A DNA stretch of 64,000 nt from Candidatus Daviesbacteria bacterium RIFCSPLOWO2_01_FULL_39_23 (GTDB lineage Bacteria > Patescibacteriota > Microgenomatia > Daviesbacterales > UBA10151), in the NCBI GenBank assembly GCA_001776935.1, contig MFDN01000001.1, positions 101,449 through 165,448 on the forward strand. The letters are read 5' to 3'. The position numbers and the translations under genes are program-made. Shown here piece after piece: positions 41,143 to 51,124 of this stretch (its first letter is position 1; the number at the start of each line of letters is the position of its first letter). The notes under the pieces are model-generated. The model was given only the letters and a program-made list of their open reading frames with translations. It did no database searches and was not told the origin of the DNA.

Positions 41143-42981
41143 ATGAAAAAATTATTTCTTGATACCCCTGTAAAGGGTTTGCTGTATTGGTATATTTTTA
41201 TTTTTTTCTCAACTGAAATTTTATCTAATTTTAAGCTCTTAGAAAGAGGATATATTTTATCTGGGGAGATAACTTTTTGGACAGTATTTTTATTTTTTCA
41301 TCGTAAAAGAGTTTTGTATTCATTACGAAATATTAACTTAGGTTCCAAAAGCCTCTTGTTTATACTGATACTTTTATTATTAACCTTTATTCAGGGGTTT
41401 TTAAGCGCTCCGAGTACGACAGACAGTATGGTTTATCATATTCCGCGGGTGATGTATTGGATACAAGAGAAGACCCTTTTTCAGGATGTTATCCGGAATT
41501 CGCATGATTACATGGCTCCATTTGGGGAATATATTTTACTTCATTTGTATCTTATTTTTGGAAACGATAGGATGTTATTTTTTTCGCAATGGATTGCGTA
41601 TGTTGTTTCAATTTACGTTATCGGCTTAATTGGTTTTCAGCTTGGTGTATCTCAAAAATCTATAAAATTAATCAGGTTATTTGCGGCTACCTTGCCCATA
41701 ACGGTTATGCAGGCTTCGAGTACCCAGGTTGATATGGTAGTTACAGCATTACTTCTTATATGCTTGCATCTAAGTTTATTTCTGAAGGACCATTACTTAG
41801 CTAAACATTCCGTATTGCTGGGTTTTGTTATAGCTTTGGGATTTTTAACTAAAGCAACGTTTGCTTTCTACGTACTAATACCAATAAGCGTGTTGTTTCT
41901 TTCTTACTATAATAAATTTAAAAAATCTGCTTTCATAATAGCTCCTGTACTTCTTATAGTCATAATTTTGCAATTTCGATTCATCTCCCAGAATTTTTTG
42001 CTATATGGAAATCCTCTCGGAGTAAAATTCTCTGAAAAAGGTGAAGAGGCAGTATACATCAATGAAGTGATTTCCCCATTTAGTATGTTATCTAATCTAA
42101 CACGTAATTTATTCGTTCATTTGCCTGTTCCTCTCTTCCCATCTCTTATACGAAACGGAATAGTAAATTTGCATAATTTAATGGGATTTGATGTTAATGA
42201 TTCAAGGATTACCTGCTGCGGAACTAAATTTGTTGTTAATTCTATCCTGTATCCTCAGGAAGATATTGTTGCTAATCCTCTTCATCTGATACTTATTTTG
42301 GCGGGAGGTTTTTTTATAATATTTGAAAAAGGAAAATTAAACAGGGATAAACAAGTTAAAGTTTTATATTTATCGTCGATTATTTCATTTATTGTATTTT
42401 CCGCATTAATTAAATGGCAGCCTTTTCATCCTAGACTTGAGATACCTTTTTTCCTGGTCGGGGGTATGAGCTCTATTATAATTTTAAGTCAGGCAAATAA
42501 AAAAAGAATTTTGCATATCTGGGTTGCTTTATCAGGTGTGTTAGCTATTATGATTATAATTTTAAATGTATCCAGGCCTTATATTTCCTATAATTTGTTT
42601 TATGATTTAGTTAAGTCTTTTCAACCAATAACAGCAAGCGTGCCTGAAGCTTTTTATATAAAACCCCGCGAGCAGCAATATTTCAATGCCCGATATTATT
42701 GGTACGAGCCTTACATTGCGATTACAACATTAATTGCTCAAAAAAATAACAAAGACACTACTATTGCTTTTGATTTACCGGATGGTTTTGAGTATCCCCT
42801 GTGGGCTTTGATGAAAAAGCAGAATATAAAAGCACGCATAATCCCTTACTCGCAGATAGATGATGAAACTGTGTTAGTTTCATCATCTGTGGACCCCTTT
42901 ACCAGGATAGGTTATAAAACAGTTTGCATAGAGAGCACAATAAAATACGGCTATGTCTGTTTATCCGAGAGGATAAGATAA
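41143..42981 (+). CDS. Polytopic membrane protein, GT-C-like glycosyltransferase candidate
   Basis: 612 aa with about 12 TM segments and a C-terminal soluble domain. Family unassigned. Confidence 0.45.
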   Translation: MKKLFLDTPVKGLLYWYIFIFFSTEILSNFKLLERGYILSGEITFWTVFLFFHRKRVLYSLRNINLGSKSLLFILILLLLTFIQGFLSAPSTTDSMVYHIPRVMYWIQEKTLFQDVIRNSHDYMAPFGEYILLHLYLIFGNDRMLFFSQWIAYVVSIYVIGLIGFQLGVSQKSIKLIRLFAATLPITVMQASSTQVDMVVTALLLICLHLSLFLKDHYLAKHSVLLGFVIALGFLTKATFAFYVLIPISVLFLSYYNKFKKSAFIIAPVLLIVIILQFRFISQNFLLYGNPLGVKFSEKGEEAVYINEVISPFSMLSNLTRNLFVHLPVPLFPSLIRNGIVNLHNLMGFDVNDSRITCCGTKFVVNSILYPQEDIVANPLHLILILAGGFFIIFEKGKLNRDKQVKVLYLSSIISFIVFSALIKWQPFHPRLEIPFFLVGGMSSIIILSQANKKRILHIWVALSGVLAIMIIILNVSRPYISYNLFYDLVKSFQPITASVPEAFYIKPREQQYFNARYYWYEPYIAITTLIAQKNNKDTTIAFDLPDGFEYPLWALMKKQNIKARIIPYSQIDDETVLVSSSVDPFTRIGYKTVCIESTIKYGYVCLSERIR

Positions 42982-43010
42982 TTTAAATTTAATCGGTTAT
43001 AATAATCAGT

Positions 43011-43718
43011 ATGAATAATTATGTAAAGCATTTAGAGGAATTATCGACCTCGACAACTTTGAAGAGAAAGAAGAATTACGTTGATTATAACTTAAAAAAA
43101 TGTTTTAGAGATTTAGGATTTAACGGAATAAAAGTTTTGGAAGTAGGTCCGGGTCTAGGTGAATTTGAGAGTTATTTAAACGATAGAGGAGTCTCCAGTA
43201 TTGATATTGTCGATAATGATAAAAATATACTTAATTATGTCTCAAAAAAATACAGAATAAATAGATGCTATTTAACAAAAGATATTTCACTTGTAGATAA
43301 AAAGCTGGGTAGTTATGACTTCATTTTTTTGATGCAGGTTTTAGAACATTTGCCACAGGATAAATATGATGTTGTTTTGCGTCTGTTGTATAAACATTTA
43401 AGAAAAGATGGATATTTGGTTGTTGTTGTGCCGAACGCGAATAATCCATTGGGTCTGACCGAAAGATATGGAGACCTGCAGCATACAGGAAGTTTTACCG
43501 AGCAATCGCTTAGAGATTTAGTAAGCCTATCAGGTATAGAAAATTACTCAATGGAAATAAGAGGATACGAGATACCGCCTTATGATTTTATTAATCTATT
43601 TAGAATAATTTTTCAGAAAATTCTGCATCTTATGCTTTTGTTGGCTATGATTGCAAACGGGGGACTATTTTTCAAAACTATGACTCCAAATATTGCCTTG
43701 ATTATTAAAAAGAATTGA
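43011..43718 (+). CDS. Class I SAM-dependent methyltransferase
   Basis: VLEVGPGLGEF (motif I) and an acidic residue after beta-2 (DIVDND). Confidence 0.55.
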   Translation: MNNYVKHLEELSTSTTLKRKKNYVDYNLKKCFRDLGFNGIKVLEVGPGLGEFESYLNDRGVSSIDIVDNDKNILNYVSKKYRINRCYLTKDISLVDKKLGSYDFIFLMQVLEHLPQDKYDVVLRLLYKHLRKDGYLVVVVPNANNPLGLTERYGDLQHTGSFTEQSLRDLVSLSGIENYSMEIRGYEIPPYDFINLFRIIFQKILHLMLLLAMIANGGLFFKTMTPNIALIIKKN

Positions 43719-43731
43719 AGTGTTTTTTGTA

Positions 43732-44532
43732 TTACTTTAAAATATAAGGTTTCCAGAATTCTTCATCGTATTTTTTCCATGCATGACAACCAAAAGGAAG
43801 TTTGCCTTTATTGATTATAAAACATTTGTGTGGAAATCTTTCGAAGGCAAATTGTATCGCTATTTGGAATGGAGGCACTTTAAAGGTTGAATCATACTTT
43901 GGTGCTTCCAGAGACCAGAAGCCATCCTCGTTGAAGGGGTAATTATCAGCCGGAGCGTTTAACCACATTTTATGAGATTTGCCTGACAGCAAAGCCATTA
44001 AGAACCACAATTTTCTTGTAAAGGGATTTTTAGATTTTCTGGTAGCGGTTTTATTAACAATTCTTAATATTTTAAGGAACTTTTGAATATTTCTCAAAGA
44101 GAAACCGCCGTTACCTCCGGAAGAAGGGTAGCCTTTTTTATAGGATAAATAACCAATTACGGAGTTAAACCATGGCGCTGCGATAAAATCATAGCCTGAC
44201 TTAGTCCATTTTTCCAATTGGTTGGAAAATATCAGTGCATCAAGTTGATAGATTAGCATATAATCATAATTTCGAAAGATTTCGTAGAATTCTACACTAA
44301 GATACATCTCGTTTGCTTTTCTTAAAGTTCCAAAAAAATTCCTATTAACCTTTACAACCTTATAACCACAAGAGGTAAAAGCCTTTGAGCTTATGCTTTC
44401 CGGAATTACAAAAAAAGTATCGTATTGGGGAAGATGTTTTTTTAAATGACTTAGGGATATTTTGTCTTCGGCGGTAAGATTGGGCCGGTGTGTAGGTATG
44501 ACAATGACCAGTCTGTTGTTGATTTTAGTCAT
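43732..44532 (-). CDS. Hypothetical protein, possibly a nucleotide-diphospho-sugar (GT-A-like) transferase
   Basis: 266 aa with LVIVIPTHRPN and GGNGGFSLRN. No confident family assignment. Confidence 0.4.
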   Translation of the reverse strand: MTKINNRLVIVIPTHRPNLTAEDKISLSHLKKHLPQYDTFFVIPESISSKAFTSCGYKVVKVNRNFFGTLRKANEMYLSVEFYEIFRNYDYMLIYQLDALIFSNQLEKWTKSGYDFIAAPWFNSVIGYLSYKKGYPSSGGNGGFSLRNIQKFLKILRIVNKTATRKSKNPFTRKLWFLMALLSGKSHKMWLNAPADNYPFNEDGFWSLEAPKYDSTFKVPPFQIAIQFAFERFPHKCFIINKGKLPFGCHAWKKYDEEFWKPYILK

Positions 44533-45541
44533 ATCGATTATTAGCTGCTCGAATTTCTTCTATGAGTTTTTGTACCCGGAGGCCTTCTTCAAATGAAGGT
44601 GTAAGTTCGTTTTTATTAATAATTGAACTTATAAACCTTGAAGTTAATTTTTTCAGAACACCGACTCTTTCATCTTCATCTGTCTTAATTGCATGTTTGT
44701 GTGGTATAGGTAATTGTTTTGTGTTATTTTCTGTATGAATTTTTATGGTGAAGTTTGCAGTTATTCTGTTTTCATTTTCCAGTACGATTGTGCCCTTTTC
44801 GCAGATAAAGATTAATTGATGTCTGTTTAAGCCGGAAACATTGCAGCAAAGGTGTGCATATCCTGTTGTGCTGTTTTCAAACTTTAATAATAAATCTACT
44901 CCAGTATCTGCGCCGTTTAAACTTTCTTTTGAGTAAGAAAGAAGACTTTCAAAATTTAATATTTTTCCTGCAAAATATTCCAGGTAATGTAAGGAGTGGG
45001 AAAAGTAGAATGATAGAGCTCCCCCTCCTTCTTTTGTATCTGTTTTCCATGAAGATTTTTTATTTTTAATATCATAACTCTGGAAATCCCAATTTAGAAA
45101 GATCTGTCTTAATTTTCCAAAAGTTTTTTTATCTATCATTTCTTTAACTTTTTTCCACTGTTCAATTTCAGGGAAAATGAAGTCAATTGCATGAATTATT
45201 TTTTTCTCCCTGGCTAAATCCAGTAGTTCTCTTGCCTGTCTGTAAGTTGCTGCAAGCGGTTTTTCTGCCAGGATATGTATTCTCATACCTAGGGCAACCT
45301 TGGCTATTTCATACTGGACATTAGGAGGAACAGCTATAGCTATAGCGTCTAATTGCTCATTGTCCAGCATTTTTTTCCAGTCAGTGTATATTTTTTTTAA
45401 GCCTATTTTTTCACAGTAACTTAGCAATCTGTCTGTTTTTTCTCCGTAAATAGATACAACTTTACAACCCGGGGTAGAATTAAAGGCAGGCAGTAAACCA
45501 TAAAGACCAAAACCTGAGCCGATTATTCCAACCTTTATCAT
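44525..45541 (-). CDS. Gfo/Idh/MocA-family oxidoreductase
   Basis: N-terminus MIKVGIIGSGFGLYGLLPAF. Confidence 0.6.
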   Translation of the reverse strand: MIKVGIIGSGFGLYGLLPAFNSTPGCKVVSIYGEKTDRLLSYCEKIGLKKIYTDWKKMLDNEQLDAIAIAVPPNVQYEIAKVALGMRIHILAEKPLAATYRQARELLDLAREKKIIHAIDFIFPEIEQWKKVKEMIDKKTFGKLRQIFLNWDFQSYDIKNKKSSWKTDTKEGGGALSFYFSHSLHYLEYFAGKILNFESLLSYSKESLNGADTGVDLLLKFENSTTGYAHLCCNVSGLNRHQLIFICEKGTIVLENENRITANFTIKIHTENNTKQLPIPHKHAIKTDEDERVGVLKKLTSRFISSIINKNELTPSFEEGLRVQKLIEEIRAANNRYD

Positions 45542-45577
45542 ATTAGTATTATACTCAACTTTATGGTATTGCTTTAC

Positions 45578-46858
45578 TTAAACTTGTGAATTTTTGACTA
45601 TTTTAAAATCCGGCAGGGGAATAATGAAATCGGATTTCAAACCACGGGCTTTTAACTGTTCCATAATAAATTTTGCATAATGCCATGCTAGTATCACTAC
45701 AAATTTAGGCTGTTCGTCGATTAGTCTCTGATTGTTAACTATTGGGATATGTTTGCCGGGTAAAAACATATTTAATTTTAATGAAGTAGGTTGCTCCGCA
45801 ATATACGGCAAAAGTTCTTTATCTATTCCATAATAATTTAGAAGTGTTGAGCATCTGGCGGGACAGGAATTCCCTGTAACGGTTTTACCAGTTTTCTTTG
45901 CATTAATTAAAAAATCTATAAATTTAAGCCGGGCTACTTTAACGCGACTCGCAAATTTTTCATATGTTTCAAGTTTACCAAGACCAAATTCTTCTTCAAC
46001 CTTTAATAATTTTCTGACAGCAGGGTTGACTTTTCTGCCTTTTCCTTTTGTTGCAATTACACGGATATTTCCTCCGTAGCGACTTCCTCTTTCCACATTG
46101 GTAATTGTGAAATCGTATTGGTCGAAAAGTTTTATATATGCTTTTAAAGAGTAGGTTCTTAAATGCTCATGATAGATAGTATCAAATTGGCCGCCGGCGA
46201 TTACATCAAGTAAATAATGAGTTTCATTAACGAATACTCCATCTTTTTTCAATAAATTGTAAGCGCCCATGACAAATTCACCTATTGTTTGCATGTGTGC
46301 AAATGTGTTTGTTGTTATAACCAGCGAAGCCTCACCCTGTTCTTTTTTAATCTTTTTGGCAGTTTTAATATCAAAAAACGCTTGGATCGTTTCGATACCG
46401 CTTGCCTGAGCAATTTTGGCAATATTGGTTGGTTCAACTCCAAGGGTTTTTACGCCCATCTGTTTAAAGCTGCTGAGCAATGTTCCGTCATTTGAGCCGA
46501 CATCAACGACTAAATCCTTACTGGTTAGGTTATAGTTTTGAATTAATGAGTGACTTATATTTCTCTGATAATCAGCCAATTCTTTTGTGATGCCGCTTCT
46601 GTAAGGGTAATCCGGATGATATACTTCACTTCCTGAAACGCAATAATCTAACTGTACGCAAGTACACTTTTGACACCAGATCATTCTCAGGGGGTATGTT
46701 TTTTCTGGTTCGTTTAACGTTTCTTTCGAAAGGAGGGTATCGCATAACGCTTGATGTCCAAGATCTAAGACAAGATGTAGTTTATCCGAATTACAGATTT
46801 GACATCGGTCGATGTGTCCTGCATTGATAAAATGATGTTTTGGATAGCTTAGCTGCAT
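45578..46858 (-). CDS. Sugar C-methyltransferase, paralog 2
   Basis: CQICNSDKL...CQKCTCVQLD zinc ribbon and VVDVGSNDG. About 40% identical by eye to the 39396..40649 product. Confidence 0.65.
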   Translation of the reverse strand: MQLSYPKHHFINAGHIDRCQICNSDKLHLVLDLGHQALCDTLLSKETLNEPEKTYPLRMIWCQKCTCVQLDYCVSGSEVYHPDYPYRSGITKELADYQRNISHSLIQNYNLTSKDLVVDVGSNDGTLLSSFKQMGVKTLGVEPTNIAKIAQASGIETIQAFFDIKTAKKIKKEQGEASLVITTNTFAHMQTIGEFVMGAYNLLKKDGVFVNETHYLLDVIAGGQFDTIYHEHLRTYSLKAYIKLFDQYDFTITNVERGSRYGGNIRVIATKGKGRKVNPAVRKLLKVEEEFGLGKLETYEKFASRVKVARLKFIDFLINAKKTGKTVTGNSCPARCSTLLNYYGIDKELLPYIAEQPTSLKLNMFLPGKHIPIVNNQRLIDEQPKFVVILAWHYAKFIMEQLKARGLKSDFIIPLPDFKIVKNSQV

Positions 46859-46892
46859 AGGTTTATTTTATTGTATATTATGTCATTTTAAA

Positions 46893-47930
46893 CTATATAT
46901 TTCCAGTTTTAGTTTTCTTATAAAATTGTTCTGTTTCCTGAACTATTTTTTTGAGTTCGGCTTTGCTTTTTACATTTTCTGTGCCGCAGTAATAATTAAT
47001 AAGCCTGCATTGCTTATCTGTTATTTTGAATTTGATTTTGGAAAATTCTTTTACAATCTCATTATAAGGATCAGATTTCCAGTAATCTGACATTACTTTT
47101 TTGAAATATATTTTTCCATGCATCTCGGGCCGTTGATAGAAAATAATATGAGGTTTATTCATGTAGATGCAATAGCTAAGAGGTGAGCTTGCATCGTTTG
47201 AAACTGTTAAATCTGCAGTTTGAATAATGCTTTTAACTCTGGGAAGGAAATTTGGGTCTAAAATGTGCCCGGCAGTAACGCATTCAATTCCTTTATCCAG
47301 ATAAAACTTATGCCTTCCCAGTAAAACATCCCTCCAGTAAATACACACGCGTATAGTGTCAAAACCTTTGGCAATAGACTTTATTTTTTTATACGACCAT
47401 TCCATATCATATTCGTTAGTGAGTCCGATTAAAGAATGAGAGGGAAAAAATAGTATGGTTTTGCCTAGTCTCCTCTTTTCTCTTTTAAGTTGGTCTTGTG
47501 TTAAGTAATGAGAGGCATAATGAATAAGAGGTCCTATGGCATAGGTGTGCGGCCTGTATTTTTTAAGTATTCCTTCCCTGTATTTACTGTATGTAACAAA
47601 AGAAGGGAGGTTTGATTCCAGTTCAATATCTGCAACCTGCTCTGATAGAAATGTTCCATGCTCAATAATGAATTTAAATTGGTAATTTTTAGGCAATCCT
47701 AAGAATTTCTTTAAAATCGTTGCATGACCGTACCAGTCATTTACTGGTTGCAGCTCACAGGTAAAAGGCGAAAACATTTGTATATGCCTGGAAAGTTGAA
47801 GGATTGATGTAAAGGGCATACCGGACCGTTTCTGTATCTCGTAATCGTATAAAGCTTTACTGACTGGATTTTTATTAATCTTGTATAAAATATTTTTGGC
47901 AAATATTCTTAAGTTCTTTTTGGGATCCAT
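46893..47930 (-). CDS. TagB/TagF-like CDP-alcohol (glycero)phosphotransferase family protein
   Basis: ILFFPSHS, and LTVSNDASSPLSYCIYMNKPHIIFY resembling the TagF block LITDYSSV.FDF..L.KPIIFY. Confidence 0.45.
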   Translation of the reverse strand: MDPKKNLRIFAKNILYKINKNPVSKALYDYEIQKRSGMPFTSILQLSRHIQMFSPFTCELQPVNDWYGHATILKKFLGLPKNYQFKFIIEHGTFLSEQVADIELESNLPSFVTYSKYREGILKKYRPHTYAIGPLIHYASHYLTQDQLKREKRRLGKTILFFPSHSLIGLTNEYDMEWSYKKIKSIAKGFDTIRVCIYWRDVLLGRHKFYLDKGIECVTAGHILDPNFLPRVKSIIQTADLTVSNDASSPLSYCIYMNKPHIIFYQRPEMHGKIYFKKVMSDYWKSDPYNEIVKEFSKIKFKITDKQCRLINYYCGTENVKSKAELKKIVQETEQFYKKTKTGNI

Positions 47931-47957
47931 ATAAATAAAAGATTGTTTAGAAAACTG

Positions 47958-48410
47958 TTATCTAAACTTTATGCCCCAGTCATAGGAGACAATATCGTTT
48001 TGCAAAGGGTCCATTCTTTGAATTTCATCGGGGTCATGCGATATATCGGTGCAGTTTGCGACAATTGCCTCTTGTGTACCAATACCCTTAAATCCATTCC
48101 AAACCATAGGAGGAATTGTAACAAGTGAGTAGTTATTATCTCCAATAAAAATTTCCATCAGTTCACCTTTAGTGGGGGAATTTTCCCGATTGTCATAAAG
48201 AACCAGTTTAATCATGCCTTTAACTACAGCGTAATTTAGGGTCATTTTTATATGACTATGCCATCCTTTTACAACTCCGGGATAAACAGCAGAAAAATAA
48301 ATCTCACCAAACTTCTTAAACTCCGGATCAGTATCTTTCATCATATGCATGATGATGCCTCTTTCGTCTGCAATCTTTTTTAATGGTTTAATAATTACTC
48401 CGTGTATCAT
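47958..48410 (-). CDS. RmlC-like cupin (NDP-4-keto-6-deoxyhexose 3,5-epimerase family, short form)
   Basis: KKIADERGIIM and VVKGWHSHIKMTLNYAVVKG. Confidence 0.55.
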   Translation of the reverse strand: MIHGVIIKPLKKIADERGIIMHMMKDTDPEFKKFGEIYFSAVYPGVVKGWHSHIKMTLNYAVVKGMIKLVLYDNRENSPTKGELMEIFIGDNNYSLVTIPPMVWNGFKGIGTQEAIVANCTDISHDPDEIQRMDPLQNDIVSYDWGIKFR

Positions 48411-49330
48411 TTTGTCTGGTAATATTGATATGTTTTTGTCAGCCCTTCAATGATATCTGTTTTAGGAAACCAATTCAATATCTTCTTAGCTTTTTCAAAA
48501 TTGCAGGATATATGCATAATCTCATTGGGGGGATATGGTTTTGAGAATGAAATCAAGCTTTTTTTACCGCTAATTTTTTCCAGATGTCCCACGATTTCTT
48601 TTAGTTGGTATGTATTATTTGCGCCTATATTAAAAACTTCATATGACTTCAATTTATCTTTTGCAATAAAATTGATAGCTTGAAGGTAGGCATCTATGAT
48701 GTCTTCGACATAGGTAAAGCCCAATTTTTGCTCCCCATAAGTTAACTCCAGGGGTGTATTCGTGATTATAGACTTAATAATTAGAGGAATTACCTTTTTA
48801 TTATCCATTTCACCATAAGGGTAGGAAAGTTTTAATGTTAATCCGAGGATTTTTCCGTGAAGAATATAAAATTTAAATATGTCCTCAAATGCTACTTTTG
48901 TTGATGCGTAATAATTATAGGGATTTATGAAATCAGTTTCAGATAAAGGATTATTTGATAAGTTATATTCAAAACAGGTACCGGTATTGATAAAAGCTTT
49001 AGTTTTATATTGATCAGCCATCATAAGAAGAATTGAGGGATACGTAATATTTACTTCATTTATTTCCTGGGCATCTTGCCAGCTTTCGTCGGATTTAACA
49101 TATTTCATTGCAAGATGAATTATGAGATCAAATTTCTCATGAGCAAAAATATGAGACAGATCCTTAAAAGACTTCATTTCCAGAATATTAATTTTCTTCG
49201 CAATGGATTTTATTCTCCATAGATCCGAAGAATTGCGCTTAATAATGAAAATTTTGTGATTTGTGAGTATTAGTCTTTTTAAAAGATGACTGCCTACAAA
49301 TCCTGATCCGCCTGTAATTAGGATATTCAT
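48407..49330 (-). CDS. NAD-dependent epimerase/dehydratase (extended SDR), probable NDP-4-keto-sugar reductase/epimerase
   Basis: MNILITGGSGFVGSHLLKRL. It is a paralog of the 61804..62742 product. ATGA overlap with the downstream cupin gene. Confidence 0.6.
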   Translation of the reverse strand: MNILITGGSGFVGSHLLKRLILTNHKIFIIKRNSSDLWRIKSIAKKINILEMKSFKDLSHIFAHEKFDLIIHLAMKYVKSDESWQDAQEINEVNITYPSILLMMADQYKTKAFINTGTCFEYNLSNNPLSETDFINPYNYYASTKVAFEDIFKFYILHGKILGLTLKLSYPYGEMDNKKVIPLIIKSIITNTPLELTYGEQKLGFTYVEDIIDAYLQAINFIAKDKLKSYEVFNIGANNTYQLKEIVGHLEKISGKKSLISFSKPYPPNEIMHISCNFEKAKKILNWFPKTDIIEGLTKTYQYYQTK

Positions 49331-49336
49331 AATAAT

Positions 49337-50305
49337 TTAGTAAATTTGGTTGTAGTATTTATAGATACGGTGAATTGATGATTCTATATTCCATTTTGGT
49401 TTCCATCCCAATAATTTACTTGCTTTAGTATAGTTTAAAGACTGATAAGCTATTTCATTTTCGGCTTTATTCAAAATTACGCAATTTATCTTTTTGTTTA
49501 ATAATTTTTCAATTAAACTGATTAGCTCTAAAACCGATAATGTTTCTTTAGACCCGAAGTTAAAAGCCTGACCTTTAATTTTTTGCAGACTGGAGGCAAG
49601 CAGCAGATAACCCTCTACAACGTCTTTTACATAAATATAATCTCTCACATATTTGCCGTTACTTCTTAATTGCAAAGGTTCGTGTTTGACAATCGATGTC
49701 ATTATTCCCGGGAAGATTCTGGAAAAATTTAAATCACCTTCACCGTACACATTGCCGAATCTGCTTATCACAACAGGAATTTGGTAAGTTTTGAAATAGG
49801 CTTGGCAGATAAGATCTGCCGCTGATTTTGAAACTTCGTAAGGATGACTTCCTTCTAAGGCATCTTCTTCAGAATACTTTTTTTTGCATAACTGCCCGTA
49901 GGCTTTATCAGATGAGGCAACTATCAATCCTTTTATTTGCGGGTTTAATCTTGAGCACTCCAGTATATTAATAGTCCCTGTTATATTGGATTGGAAAGTT
50001 TGTAAAGGTTCTTTGTAGGCTACTTCAACTAAAGGTTGAGCAGCAAGGTGAAATATAAAGTTGATCCTAAATTTAGTTATCAGTTTCATTACTTCTTTAA
50101 AATTGCTTATGTCAACTTTTATTGGGGTTGTTTTTCTAGCCATATTATTGATGGAAAAATAAGATTTTTTATCAAGGCTTAAGTATGTGGTGATGATCTT
50201 ATTGTTATATTTAATAAGTTCTTCGATTAGATGAGATCCGATGAAGCCTGTTCCGCCTGTAACCAAAATATTTTTACCTGCCAGCATATTTACCATATTT
50301 TCCAA
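49337..50305 (-). CDS. rfbG: CDP-glucose 4,6-dehydratase
   Basis: FHLAAQPLV, SSDKAYG, YEVSKSAADL and FGNVYGEGD match the DdhB/RfbG blocks. It sits immediately downstream of the cytidylyltransferase gene. Confidence 0.75.
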   Translation of the reverse strand: MENMVNMLAGKNILVTGGTGFIGSHLIEELIKYNNKIITTYLSLDKKSYFSINNMARKTTPIKVDISNFKEVMKLITKFRINFIFHLAAQPLVEVAYKEPLQTFQSNITGTINILECSRLNPQIKGLIVASSDKAYGQLCKKKYSEEDALEGSHPYEVSKSAADLICQAYFKTYQIPVVISRFGNVYGEGDLNFSRIFPGIMTSIVKHEPLQLRSNGKYVRDYIYVKDVVEGYLLLASSLQKIKGQAFNFGSKETLSVLELISLIEKLLNKKINCVILNKAENEIAYQSLNYTKASKLLGWKPKWNIESSIHRIYKYYNQIY

Positions 50306-51063
50306 GGAGGATTATCTGTGTTCCAGATCTTATTTAATTCCTCTAATTCTTTATAGGTATCAATTGCATACCAAAAACCCTCGTGTAAGAATAAAGACAG
50401 CTGTTTTTCCTGAGTCAGTCGTTGTAATCCCTCATGTTCCATTTCGCCGGGTCTAATATAATCAAAGAATTTTCTTTCAAAAATCATAAAGCCCCCGCTT
50501 ATCCAATCATCCAGAATTGGTTTTTCAACAAACTTTTTAACTAAACCATTATTGTCAGATTGTATTAAGCCGTATTTTGATTTTGGATGAACTCCGGTAA
50601 TTGTACCGGTTGTCTTTTTCTTTTTGTGATGTTCTACTAATTTACCAATATTTATATCCGAAACTCCATCTCCGTATGTAACCATAAATGATTCATCTTC
50701 TGGAATATATTTTTTACACATCAATATCCGCTCCCCGATTAAAGTATTTACTCCGGTGTCAACAAAAGTTATTTTAAAATTATCAGCATCCTGTCTGCTA
50801 TTCAGATAATACTTAGCTTTATAATTTGAAGTTTGAAGGGTAAAATCCGAGGTGAAAGCTTTCTGATTTAGAAAGAATTCTTTAATGTAATCTGCCTTAT
50901 AACCAAGCGCCAGCACGAACTCGTTGTACCCATAATGGGCATAAATTTTCATGATATGCCATATAATTGGTTTATTACCGATATACACCATTGGTTTGGG
51001 TTTATATTCTGTTTCTTCTTTTAATCTTGTGCCGGTTCCGCCACAGAGGATAATAGTTTTCAT
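50290..51063 (-). CDS. rfbF: Glucose-1-phosphate cytidylyltransferase
   Basis: MKTIILCGGTGTRLKEETEYKPKPMVYIGNKPIIWHIMKIY and ...PWKIW are highly similar to RfbF/DdhA. Confidence 0.8.
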   Translation of the reverse strand: MKTIILCGGTGTRLKEETEYKPKPMVYIGNKPIIWHIMKIYAHYGYNEFVLALGYKADYIKEFFLNQKAFTSDFTLQTSNYKAKYYLNSRQDADNFKITFVDTGVNTLIGERILMCKKYIPEDESFMVTYGDGVSDINIGKLVEHHKKKKTTGTITGVHPKSKYGLIQSDNNGLVKKFVEKPILDDWISGGFMIFERKFFDYIRPGEMEHEGLQRLTQEKQLSLFLHEGFWYAIDTYKELEELNKIWNTDNPPWKIW

Positions 51064-51124
51064 ATGGTTATATTATCATAATTTCTTATAACTGATATAC
51101 CTTTTAACTATAATTTTACTTTTT

